From assembly GCA_963691875.1 (NCBI GenBank), contig OY829846.1, positions 3,616,001 through 3,680,000 of the forward strand: a stretch of 64,000 nucleotides of DNA, read 5' to 3'. Below the pieces are notes generated by a model, which did not search any database, was not told where the DNA came from, and saw only the letters and a list, made by a program, of their open reading frames with translations. How positions within the stretch are numbered: position 1 is the stretch's first letter; every line of letters starts with the position of its first letter. Below are positions 23,817 to 33,154 of the stretch, one piece after another. Made by a program: the position numbers and the translations under genes. Source of the DNA: Aureliella sp. (GTDB lineage: Bacteria; Planctomycetota; Planctomycetia; Pirellulales; Pirellulaceae).

Positions 23817-24281
23817 GACCACTGCAGTTCAGGCCCTGACTGCCTGAGCCTAACTACCGCTGCTCCTCAGCTTCCTTATCGGTGGAACTCTCCTCAAATA
23901 CGCGGATAAGAGCCCCAGTGCGATTCGTAGTTAAGGTACTGGATCTGGCGTTCAACGCTAGGTAGCTGGAACCTCCGCGAGCATGGTGACCTCTGTGGCT
24001 CGAGTAACTTGGCGAACGGAAACAAAAGGGTGGAATTAGCCCTTAAGTCAATGGTTAGCTGCGTCCACAGACCGGAAGACTATGCCACTTTTTCGCTGCG
24101 AAGAAGACCTTGTCAGGACTGTTTGCTGTCAGGAGGATTGCATATCTTGTTGATATCCAGGATCGAAGGCTCCCCCGCGGCGCGGAAACTCTTGACTTTG
24201 CTGGCAGAAACGGCTCAGAAATCTCACTTGTTTCAAAACTTCCTCACATCAAACTCCCTCCAACCCACAATAATCGCATCC

Positions 24282-25289
24282 ATGGCAACTGTTTTACTAA
24301 CTGGATTCGGGGGTTTTCTTGGCTCGGAAATTGCGAGGCAGTTGCTGGCAGCGGGGCACCAAGTACGTGGTATTGCGCGCAATGAATATCCGGAACTTGA
24401 GGCAGCAGGAGTAGAAACGGTTCAAGGCAGTATTTCCGATCGTGACCTTGTTCTCAAGGCAACGCAAGGCTGCGATGCCATCATCAATACGGCAGCAAAA
24501 GCAGGCGTCTGGGGCAAGTGGCCTGAATACTACGGCATCAACACGCTTGCCGTGTCGCATCTGCTGGAAGCTGCCCAGCAAAACAAGGTGCAAAATTTCG
24601 TTCAAACAAGTAGCCCCAGCGTAACCTTTGACGGCAAAGATCAATCGGGAATTGACGAAACGGCTCCTTATCCGGGGAAATGGTTGTGCTTTTATCCGCA
24701 GACCAAAGCACTTGCTGAACGAGCGGTGTTAGAAGCTGCGAAAACGGGTCAAGTTCGCGCATGCGCTCTCCGGCCCCATTTGATTTGGGGCAAAGGTGAC
24801 CCACACTTGTTCCCACGCGTGATCAGTCGCACCTTGGCAGGACGCTTGCGCCGTATTGGAGACGGCAGGAACGTCATCGACGTCGTGCACGTTCGCAATG
24901 CAGCTCGATCGCATGTGCTTGCATTGGAAAAATTACTGGGCGGTGATGAGGATGTCAACGGCCAAGCATTTTTTATCACGGATGGCCAGCCTGTTTCCTG
25001 CTGGGACTGGATTAGCAAGATCTTGACGACCGCTGGAGTGGAAGTTCCCCAGAAATCGATTTCTTTCTCCGCCGCCTATGGGATAGGAGCAGTTCTCGAA
25101 GCTACCTATTGGGCGCTTGGTAAAAAGAACGAACCGCCGATGACAAGGTTCGTCGCAGCACAACTGGCCCAGGATCATTATTTCTCAATCGGCAAGGCTC
25201 GCGACCTTCTTGGCTACGATCCACAGGTGGACATTGAGAGTGAGTTTGCGGACTGCAAGGAATGGCTAGCAGGCATGGTGAACGGATAA
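24282..25289 (+). CDS. 3-beta-HSD-type extended SDR, OleD-like (2-alkyl-3-oxoalkanoate reductase-like)
   Basis: TGFGGFLG, AAKAGVWG, TSSPSV, YPQTK (YxxxK), LRPHLIWGKGD, PPMTRF. ATG 24282 directly precedes the Rossmann motif. Confidence 0.85.
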   Translation: MATVLLTGFGGFLGSEIARQLLAAGHQVRGIARNEYPELEAAGVETVQGSISDRDLVLKATQGCDAIINTAAKAGVWGKWPEYYGINTLAVSHLLEAAQQNKVQNFVQTSSPSVTFDGKDQSGIDETAPYPGKWLCFYPQTKALAERAVLEAAKTGQVRACALRPHLIWGKGDPHLFPRVISRTLAGRLRRIGDGRNVIDVVHVRNAARSHVLALEKLLGGDEDVNGQAFFITDGQPVSCWDWISKILTTAGVEVPQKSISFSAAYGIGAVLEATYWALGKKNEPPMTRFVAAQLAQDHYFSIGKARDLLGYDPQVDIESEFADCKEWLAGMVNG

Positions 25290-25296
25290 CGGATTC

Positions 25297-26961
25297 ATGC
25301 ACCCAGCACTTTGGACGCTGCTTCGGTTGGACTTCGCTGGTTCCCTGCGTGGCCTAACCAACCTGCGCAAGAACTGGCGCCAGCTATTCTTATTTGTGTT
25401 GATGCTGGTGTTCATCGGCGTTTTCGTGGTGGTGCGAGCAATGAACCCCAGCGTCCAAGGCGCCAGTCGCTTCGGGCCGGCCATGCCGTTCTGGGCCATG
25501 CTCTACTTGATGGCAACTTGGCTAACGGCCTCGGCGGATCGAGGCTTGGTGATGCGCCCCGCCGAGATCCATTTTCTCGCGGGAGGCCCTTTTCCCGAAC
25601 GCGATATCATCACACTGAATCTGATTCGACTTGCCTTTCGCTCCTTCATCTCCGCGCTGGTTCTTTCCTTGCTCACCATGGCTTACGTACCCAGCTATCC
25701 TTCGGCCCTGATCGGCATATGGATGCTCATTGGGGTTTCGCTGCTGGTTGGAATGCTTGCTTCGCTTTCCTCGCGTACTGCGCAACGGCAAGTGGTTCAG
25801 CGAGTAAGGCGAGTATTCAACGTCTTAGCGATGGCGACACTGATCATCATCGTGGCTCAGTCTTTTCGGGCCGTGCGCGCCGCCGACGTCTCTCCCAATG
25901 TATCGGCGATTGCCGCAGCGTCAGCCGAAACTCAGCTTGGTCGCTACGTATTGCCACCGCTTGCCTGGATGTTTCAGCCGATGTCCGCAAGTAGCTTCTT
26001 TGGTGAAACGATTTTCTTATTGCCTGCTCGCTTAGGAGTCATCAGTTTGCTCCTAAGCTTGGTTTACTTATTAGGCGGACGCTACCTTGAGGCCTCGACG
26101 CGGCGGACGGATCAGTCGATTGCGAAGCGGCAAAGTGCTTTACGAAGCGGTATCGCAGGTTCGAGTGACAAGCGCAGCTGGACGGCAAGCATTTCTCTTC
26201 CGCTCGTGTGGCGATTAGGGGGGGTTGGAAGTGTTGCGTGGATGCAGATGCAACACAGCGTCCGAATTTTGCCGAGGTTTCTACTGTTTACACTGACGGT
26301 CGTTGGCGTTGTGCTGGTGATTCCTCTCATGGTCGATGCCCGACGCATGGAAGGCCTCGGGTCGATTGCTTGGATGAGCGGCCTGAACCTCTACGCAGAC
26401 TTCTTACTATTGCTACAGCTGCCGGTTGGCTTTTTGGGACCGGTCGCCCAACGCGAGATGCTCAAATCATTGCCCGTTCCAAGTTGGCGTGTGGCACTCG
26501 GGCTCTTGGCCGGCCCGGTGATTCCGCTCGTATTGGTGCACTTCTTCGTTCTTGGTCTATTCCTATTCATGGTGCCTGACAGTTGGACTCTTGTGCTGTG
26601 CACTTCAGTGGTACTGCTTCCCGGCGCAGCGGTCCTGATAGCGAACATCAACTTGCTAGGTTCTTGGGGCGTCATTCGGCCGCGAGCCTTGCAACAGCGC
26701 GATGCCTTAGCGGCTGGTAGAGCGATGGCGAGCGTCTGGGTTTTCTTTCTGACTCTGATGCCCGCGGTGATTTGCGGAGCCTTGGTCGCGGGCCTTGCAG
26801 GAGCCTTTCTCAACTTCGCAATCTATGGCTATTTGTTTGGTGCGGCAGCTGGAGTCACCATCTCTTGCGTGATTTACGTACTACTGATCGCTCGTAGTTT
26901 CAGCCGCTGGCAGCCCGACGCTGGAGCTGGTGGCCAAGAAGAGGCTGAACTCGACCGCTAG
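25297..26961 (+). CDS. Putative ABC-exporter-type polytopic membrane protein
   Basis: Many hydrophobic TM segments and a PAEIHFL..GP motif typical of the putative ABC exporter family; 7-nt gap to the upstream SDR. Confidence 0.7.
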   Translation: MHPALWTLLRLDFAGSLRGLTNLRKNWRQLFLFVLMLVFIGVFVVVRAMNPSVQGASRFGPAMPFWAMLYLMATWLTASADRGLVMRPAEIHFLAGGPFPERDIITLNLIRLAFRSFISALVLSLLTMAYVPSYPSALIGIWMLIGVSLLVGMLASLSSRTAQRQVVQRVRRVFNVLAMATLIIIVAQSFRAVRAADVSPNVSAIAAASAETQLGRYVLPPLAWMFQPMSASSFFGETIFLLPARLGVISLLLSLVYLLGGRYLEASTRRTDQSIAKRQSALRSGIAGSSDKRSWTASISLPLVWRLGGVGSVAWMQMQHSVRILPRFLLFTLTVVGVVLVIPLMVDARRMEGLGSIAWMSGLNLYADFLLLLQLPVGFLGPVAQREMLKSLPVPSWRVALGLLAGPVIPLVLVHFFVLGLFLFMVPDSWTLVLCTSVVLLPGAAVLIANINLLGSWGVIRPRALQQRDALAAGRAMASVWVFFLTLMPAVICGALVAGLAGAFLNFAIYGYLFGAAAGVTISCVIYVLLIARSFSRWQPDAGAGGQEEAELDR

Positions 26962-27093
26962 CTCGGAGATTTGCCGTCCGAATAGTTTCGCTGGTAGTAA
27001 CAACTCCGACCAACCACTCGAACGACTTGCAATTGAGGGCAATTTAGCCAGCTTTGCACGAGGAAAAGCATAGGTCGATTGATGCTAGAGTCC

Positions 27094-27099
27094 TATAAT
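27094..27099 (+). promoter_or_regulatory. Probable sigma70 -10 box (TATAAT) of ctpA
   Basis: Perfect TATAAT about 35 nt upstream of a GGGAGA RBS plus TTG start. Confidence 0.5.
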
Positions 27100-27133
27100 G
27101 CAACGAACTATCGACGCGAACCGGGAGACTCCG

Positions 27134-28456
27134 TTGCCTTTCCGAAACATCCAGATTCTGTGCATCGTCATGCTGGTCTGCTATGCCTGCTACATTCAGG
27201 CAGAGCGTCTGAAGTATGCCAGTAAGATCGGACATGCCATCCAACTGATTGAAAACAACTACGTTGAGGAACGCGATCCAGACGAGTTGCTTGAAGCGGC
27301 CATGCAAGGGATCGTCGAGAAACTTGATGAGTTCTCGGCCTACATCCCACCGATTCAATACGAGCAGTTTCAGTCTGGCATCGAGCAGGAATTCGGCGGC
27401 ATCGGCATCATGATCGAAGGGCCGCCCACCGTGAAGCAGCTGACGGTTGTGACTCCAATCCCCAACACGCCCGCTTTTCGCGCTGGCCTGCAACCCGGTG
27501 ATGTTATTACTTCCATTGATGGACAGTCCACGGAAGGGCTGGTCACAGATGAAGCATCCAAGTTGATGCGAGGACCGGTTGGCAAAACGGTGCAACTGAC
27601 TCTGCGTCGCCCTGGCACAGCTCAAGTGATGACAAAAGACATTATGCGTGCCGACATTCAAGTCGACTCCGTTTACGGCGATCGAATTCAATCCGACTCA
27701 GAGTGGGATTTCTTTCTCAGGGAGGATTCCAGAGTCGCTTACTTGCGAGTCACGCAATTTGGCGAAAAGACAACTGGCGAGTTCTTAGACGCGATCAAAC
27801 AGATCAAACCGCAGGCTGAAGCGTTGGTCATCGACCTGCGTTACAATCCAGGCGGTATCCTCTCCTGTGCGGTCGAACTTTGCGACATGCTAGTCGACGA
27901 AGGTCTGATTGTCAGCACGCGCGGACGCAAGGATATGTTTAAAACGGAGATCGAAGCGACTGCTAGCGTTGACCTCAATCGTGGTATCCCAATCGTAGTT
28001 ATGGTGAACGGCCAATCCGCCAGTGCCAGCGAGATCATGGCTGGATGCTTACAAGATCTAGGGCGGGCCAAAATCGCGGGCACACGTTCTTACGGCAAAG
28101 GCACCGTTCAACGAGTGTTCCCGCTCGCTTCCGACACCGCTCTCAAGTTTACGACGGCTAGGTTCTACCGACCGAGCGGAACGAACATTCATCGCACAAA
28201 AGAAATGACCGAAGACGATGAATGGGGCATTTCTCCCGAGGCCAATCTGACGCTTGAAACCACTGACATGCAAGAGCTCAACTTGCTTCGACGATGGCGA
28301 CGACACAGCGATCCAAGAATCACCACCAATCCGGACCGCCCGCCAGCACCGAAGTGTGCAGGTGACCCGCAGTTACTACAGGTGCTCGAGCACTTGCAAG
28401 AACAACTCGATCAGGCAGAGGCAATTGCGGCACCTGCGAAGGAGGTTGCAGAGTGA
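27134..28456 (+). CDS. ctpA: Carboxy-terminal processing protease, S41A with PDZ
   Basis: FGGIGI PDZ loop, IDLRYNPGG, SASASEI (Ser), SYGKGTVQ (Lys). Start moved to TTG 27134 (RBS GGGAGA) because ATG 27098 sits inside the -10 box. Confidence 0.93.
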   Translation: MPFRNIQILCIVMLVCYACYIQAERLKYASKIGHAIQLIENNYVEERDPDELLEAAMQGIVEKLDEFSAYIPPIQYEQFQSGIEQEFGGIGIMIEGPPTVKQLTVVTPIPNTPAFRAGLQPGDVITSIDGQSTEGLVTDEASKLMRGPVGKTVQLTLRRPGTAQVMTKDIMRADIQVDSVYGDRIQSDSEWDFFLREDSRVAYLRVTQFGEKTTGEFLDAIKQIKPQAEALVIDLRYNPGGILSCAVELCDMLVDEGLIVSTRGRKDMFKTEIEATASVDLNRGIPIVVMVNGQSASASEIMAGCLQDLGRAKIAGTRSYGKGTVQRVFPLASDTALKFTTARFYRPSGTNIHRTKEMTEDDEWGISPEANLTLETTDMQELNLLRRWRRHSDPRITTNPDRPPAPKCAGDPQLLQVLEHLQEQLDQAEAIAAPAKEVAE

Positions 28457-29337
28457 GCGACGCAGGAAGGAAACGGCTTCTCATTGTAGGCTGCGGTTAT
28501 GTCGGAGCCGAAGTCGTCAAGCTAGCCAACGAGCACTTCTCGGTCTTCGCTTTGTCGAGAAATCCGGATCGCGTCCCCGAATTCAATCAGCTCGGAATTT
28601 CGCATATTCTTGGAGACTGGCTAAAACCAGAAACCTGGAGTTCCTTTTCGCATTTTGACGCGATTCTGTTTTCGGTCCCGCATCGAGCCGATGAGAAGCT
28701 GGGGAATCAAACGCATGTGGCGGGCCTAAAGGCGGCATTAAGCAGCCAAGGAGCAGCGAGCGAAACGTCGCCTCGCGTCGTCTACCTAAGTACCACCGGA
28801 GTCTACGGGGAATGCCAAGATGAAACCGTCCACGAGGATACTCCAGCAAATCCAACCCGTATCGGCCCAGAAATCGCACTTGAAGCAGAACGATGGCTTG
28901 CATCTTCAGAAGCCAAAGACGCAAAGTGGAATTCTACCGTCTTGAGATTAGCAGGAATTTATGGTCCAGGTCGAATACCTCTGGCGGCCAAACTCCACGC
29001 AGGCGAAGCACTGGCTGTACCGCAGCAAGGCTTCTTGAACTTGGTGCATGTTCACGATATCGCGCGGATCATCTTACAGCTGCTGCTGACTGAAGCGCCT
29101 AGGCGCGACACCTACGTGTTTTCTGACAGTCATCCTGTCAGGCGTCTCGACTTCTACCAATCCTTAGCCGAGCTCTGCGGTGTCAGTGAGCCACAGTTCG
29201 TCGAAGCAGATCCCCTGGACTCGCGAGCTCGTCGAGCCACCAGTAAGAAAGTCGATGCAAGCCGCATCGCTAGCGAATTCAATTTCCAGTATCGCTTTCC
29301 GGATTACCGATCCGGGCTGCTAGACGCGCTACGCTAG
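28453..29337 (+). CDS. Atypical SDR / NAD-dependent epimerase (YeeZ-like)
   Basis: IVGCGYVG, YLSTTGVYG, LRLAGIYGPGR, FPDYRSGL; GTGA overlap with ctpA. Confidence 0.9.
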   Translation: MSDAGRKRLLIVGCGYVGAEVVKLANEHFSVFALSRNPDRVPEFNQLGISHILGDWLKPETWSSFSHFDAILFSVPHRADEKLGNQTHVAGLKAALSSQGAASETSPRVVYLSTTGVYGECQDETVHEDTPANPTRIGPEIALEAERWLASSEAKDAKWNSTVLRLAGIYGPGRIPLAAKLHAGEALAVPQQGFLNLVHVHDIARIILQLLLTEAPRRDTYVFSDSHPVRRLDFYQSLAELCGVSEPQFVEADPLDSRARRATSKKVDASRIASEFNFQYRFPDYRSGLLDALR

Positions 29338-29455
29338 GAACTCCTCAGATTATAGTCCCGCTTTTATGCGGAATGGACGCGACGCGCATTCTGTTTACTC
29401 ACAGAACGCCTTACGGCGATACGACTCACTAAACAACAGCTCGCTAGTGTAGAAA

Positions 29456-30601
29456 CTAGTTCAACGTGATGTCGACTTCGTAGATCTTGTCTTCGCGAAC
29501 AAAGGTAAAAGTCACTTCCTCGCCGCGTCTCAGCTTTAGCATCGCGTCTTGGAACTGTTGCACGTTGTCGACTTTGACGCCACCGACTTTCTGAATGACA
29601 TCGCCCATGATGACGCTGCCACGGCCAGTGAATTGACACTCCTTCAGCCCAGCTGCGGCAGCGGCACCCCCTGGCTGAAGCTCTAGGATGGCGACGCCTT
29701 CAATGCCCGTTAATCGCTTGAGCCGCTCGTTCAACGACTCGTTGATGCGGACGCCCAGACGCGCTGGCTCGTACTTGCCTTCCAAAATGATTTGCGGGAC
29801 GACACGATTCACACTATCGACCGGAACAGCAAAGCCAACTCCCGCCGATGCACCAGAAGGCGAGTAAATCGCGGTGTTAACGCCGATCAATCGTCCTGCG
29901 CTGTCAAGCAACGGACCGCCGGAGTTGCCCGGGTTGATTGCTGCGTCGATCTGAATCACGTCATCGATTGTCGCACCACTCGGCGATTTGATCGCTCGAC
30001 TCTTTGAAGAAACAATCCCTGTCGTCAAGGTTTGGTGTAGGCCGAAAGGATTGCCGATGGCAAAAACGCTTTGGCCTACTTTCAGATCCTGGCTCTCACC
30101 AATCAGAACCGGCCGAAGTTTTTCCTTGGGTGCGTTGACCTTGAGAACGGCCAGATCATAGTTTGGCGAGGAAGCAACTAATGTCGCTTCGTAACTCGAC
30201 TGATCGTGGAACACCACTTGGTAAAAGTCTGCTTCTTGCACGACATGAAAGTTCGTGACAATGTGTCCCTCTTGGTCCCAGACGAATCCACTTCCCGTTC
30301 CGAGGTCACGATCCTCAAAGCGGCGGGTGAAGCGATTTCGCACCGCAGCCTGGGTGTTGATGTAAACCACCGATGGACTTACCTGATCAAATAGATCGAC
30401 CGTAGTCTTCTCAAAATCTGCCAAGGCACCGCGTGGCGTGACGGCGCGTGGTTCGCCCCCACCGCCGAACTGCAGCCAATTGCGAATGCTCGGCAGAACC
30501 CAAAATAAGGCGAGCAGCAGCATGAGGATCCAAGTGAGGGCGAGCTGACGCTTCAGTCTTCCTGCGGATTGATCCCACTGCGGCGGTTCTGAATATTCCA
30601 T
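29456..30601 (-). CDS. HtrA/DegP-like trypsin serine protease with one PDZ domain
   Basis: N-terminal TM; GTGSGFVW, TNFHVV (His), DLAVLK (Asp), INPGNSGGPL (Ser); C-terminal PDZ. Confidence 0.95.
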   Translation of the reverse strand: MEYSEPPQWDQSAGRLKRQLALTWILMLLLALFWVLPSIRNWLQFGGGGEPRAVTPRGALADFEKTTVDLFDQVSPSVVYINTQAAVRNRFTRRFEDRDLGTGSGFVWDQEGHIVTNFHVVQEADFYQVVFHDQSSYEATLVASSPNYDLAVLKVNAPKEKLRPVLIGESQDLKVGQSVFAIGNPFGLHQTLTTGIVSSKSRAIKSPSGATIDDVIQIDAAINPGNSGGPLLDSAGRLIGVNTAIYSPSGASAGVGFAVPVDSVNRVVPQIILEGKYEPARLGVRINESLNERLKRLTGIEGVAILELQPGGAAAAAGLKECQFTGRGSVIMGDVIQKVGGVKVDNVQQFQDAMLKLRRGEEVTFTFVREDKIYEVDITLN

Positions 30602-30615
30602 AGCTTTTTTCTCAC

Positions 30616-31417
30616 CTACTCTTCGCGCTCGACCGCCAACCAACTGTTTCGTTCGCTACGGCTAAATTTTTCGACGCTGTATCGCAGCATGGTACGAGGC
30701 ATTTCTCCTGCATGTTCGGACAAAAAGCCCCTCAGTAACTCTACCTTGCGATTACCCATCTCACGCAACATACAGCCAACCGCCTTGTGCATGAGATCAT
30801 GCGGATGCCGCAAGAACCTCTCTGCCAGTCGCAGGATCTCCTCAAATTCATCGTGCTTTATCAGAGCGAGAGTCGCAACCGCAGCTATGCGTTCTTGCCA
30901 AAGATTCCCATTCCTCGCAAGCTGGATTCAAGGTTTTTTTCTGCTTTGGGAACGCCACCAGGTACGCCCCTAGGATCTTATAAGCTGAGGAATCAACGAG
31001 TTCCCAATTATTTACTCCCTCCAAGTTTTCGAGATAAAAGCCCACCAAGCCTTGGGGTGTTTCCTCGACCTCACCGTAGATTTGTTGTCCCAGCTTTCGG
31101 TGCTTCCGTAGTGCAGCTTCGAAGCGGTTCACCAGTATGAAGATTGCAGTCAGCCGGCACTCGTGCCAATACGAGCGGAGCAACTTCCCGAGTTCATCAA
31201 TTGAAAGCTCTCGAAAGTCCTTCTCGATCTGTCTTTGATCTGGGACGATGACTCCCAGAAACTGGTCACCTTCTCCGTAGCCGCCAGGAATTGCCCGAAA
31301 GAATCCCGGTAGGAATTCAGCCTTGCCCGGACGAGAAAGCTCCCTCAGAACCAACTCGACGTCCTTCGCCGCTGCCTCGGGTTGAGAAGTTTTCTTTTTT
31401 TTCTTCATCTGCTCCAA
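30616..31417 (-). pseudogene. DNA alkylation repair protein (AlkD-like) split by a +1 frameshift near 30925
   Basis: 5' part has GGYGEGDQFLGV..WHECRL..NNWELVDSS. The alternate frame continues QLARNGNLWQERIAAVAT...HDLMHKAVGCMLRE...MPRTMLRYSVEKF. Confidence 0.85.
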
Positions 31418-31544
31418 TCAGTGGTTGCTTGCGGGGTTTGTCAGGCCAATGTGAGACCTCTACAATACCGTGTGTGTGATCTTCGGGCCCTGTGCTATGG
31501 CAGCCAAGATGATCGCCTCTTTTCTCTCAGAATGACCAGTGTTC

Positions 31545-32327
31545 ATGCTAGACCGCAAGCCTATTTTTCCTAATGTCATTGAGTTGAACTTTCAGGCTGG
31601 TCACGTCATCGGCTGCAACGTTTACCTCGTGTTCGATCAAGACGAGTGGATCTTGATCGATATCGGCTACGAAGAATCCGTCGAGGAAATCGTCGAGCTT
31701 GTCCGTGAGCTGGATTTTCCACTTTCGAAGTGCAAGACTCTTGTTGCGACTCATGCGGATGTGGACCACGGCCAAGGCTTCGCTTTGGCCAAAAAGATGC
31801 TCAAGACGACGGTTTCGGCTCATCCTAAAGCGGCGAAACTGCTGGCTACAGGTGATAAACTTCGCACCTTTGCTGAGATCGAAGCACAAAATATTCGTCT
31901 CGAAATGCCAGCGGTCGACACTGAGCATGTGATCGACGAAGGTTCCAAGATCCAGGTTGGCGATTTAGAGCTCGAAGTTTGGTCCACACCTGGCCATGCC
32001 GATAGTCAGCTCGCTTTTCGCATGGGTGACTTACTCTTTAGTGGCGATAACATCTATCGCGACGGATGCGTGGGAGCGATTGACGCGCATCATGGCAGCG
32101 ACATCCCGGCCTTCATCAGGAGCTTGCAGCGTATTCGCAACTCAGAAATTAAATGGTTGCTTCCGAGCCACGGACCAATCTTTCGCAAAGACGATGCGAT
32201 ACTCGACAAGACAATCGCTCGACTCGAGTCTTATTTGCACATGGCGGACTTCGGCACTTGCGCCATCGATTGGCCTCTCATGGACGAGTGGGAAGAAGAA
32301 ATCGCTCAAGGCAAAATGCCGGGCTGA
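31545..32327 (+). CDS. MBL-fold metallo-hydrolase
   Basis: LIDIG, THADVDH (HxHxDH variant), TPGH, LFSGD, LPSHG. Confidence 0.9.
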   Translation: MLDRKPIFPNVIELNFQAGHVIGCNVYLVFDQDEWILIDIGYEESVEEIVELVRELDFPLSKCKTLVATHADVDHGQGFALAKKMLKTTVSAHPKAAKLLATGDKLRTFAEIEAQNIRLEMPAVDTEHVIDEGSKIQVGDLELEVWSTPGHADSQLAFRMGDLLFSGDNIYRDGCVGAIDAHHGSDIPAFIRSLQRIRNSEIKWLLPSHGPIFRKDDAILDKTIARLESYLHMADFGTCAIDWPLMDEWEEEIAQGKMPG

Positions 32328-32609
32328 TTTTCCCTTAAATGCGTTCAAGTGTGTTTTGAGAAAAACCGGGAATATTCACGTTGTCTAAACGGGCGGCCAG
32401 GATAGCTAGCTCACGTGAAACTTGATCGCCTCCGTAGACTTTCAGGAACCTCTTTACATTCGAATTGCATGCCCACATCCTGCGTTGCGTATGCTAGATC
32501 CCCAGCTCTTTCTTAACGGACTTGCTGACAACGGAGCGGTTGTTCCGCTCGGAATCGAATCACACACGCGAACCTCTCTGCCCGATCATACCGTTGTCTA
32601 CTGCTCTGC

Positions 32610-33129
32610 ACTGGGGCTTCGAGAGTCTGCATGAGCAAATGTGGCAGTGTGTCTTTCATGGCGTTAGGAAAATCAGCCCCGCTGTGCTGGTACTGCAAGA
32701 CATAGATCCCGTCGTAGATGATTCCAATCGTTCCTACTTCCTGAATCAGCTGGACGGCCAGGCTTAATCATCCTGGCAACCACAAATCACCGCGAAAAGA
32801 TCGATCCTGCGATCCTGAATCGCCCAAGTCGATTGGATCGAAAGCATTACTTTCATCTGCCAGCCGCAAAAGAACGCAAGAATTTCCTGGTACTTTGGCA
32901 GAAACGCCTGCAAGACGAGACCGATTGGCAAGCGGAAGAAATCGACGCACTTGCCAACACAACAGGAGGGTACTCATTCGCCTACCTCAAAGAATTGATG
33001 GCCGGCGCGGTGATGGATTGGATGGAGCATCGCCAAGGCAACCTCGCTAGACTGGTAATGCGTCACGTGGAACTACTGCGCAATCAACTGTCTTCGCGAT
33101 TTAGCAAAACCGAAAGTCCCAAGTACTAG
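32610..33129 (+). pseudogene. Remnant of an AAA+ ATPase (C-terminal half)
   Basis: PAVLVLQDID..NRSYFLNQLDG, a frameshift near 32759, then GLIILATTNHREKIDPAILNRPSRLDRKHYFHLP...TGGYSFAYLKEL (SRH). No Walker A found. Confidence 0.8.
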
Positions 33130-33154
33130 AACTGGTTTTCCAAGTCTTCGCCTC

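Noticed and set aside
24009..24281. 91-aa N-terminal extension of the SDR in the ORF track
   Set aside because: The Rossmann motif begins right after ATG 24282; the extension has no protein-like features.
23817..24281. 465-bp intergenic gap as a possible ncRNA
   Set aside because: No tRNA, tmRNA, RNase P, SRP or riboswitch signature recognised by eye; an Infernal search is needed to exclude one.
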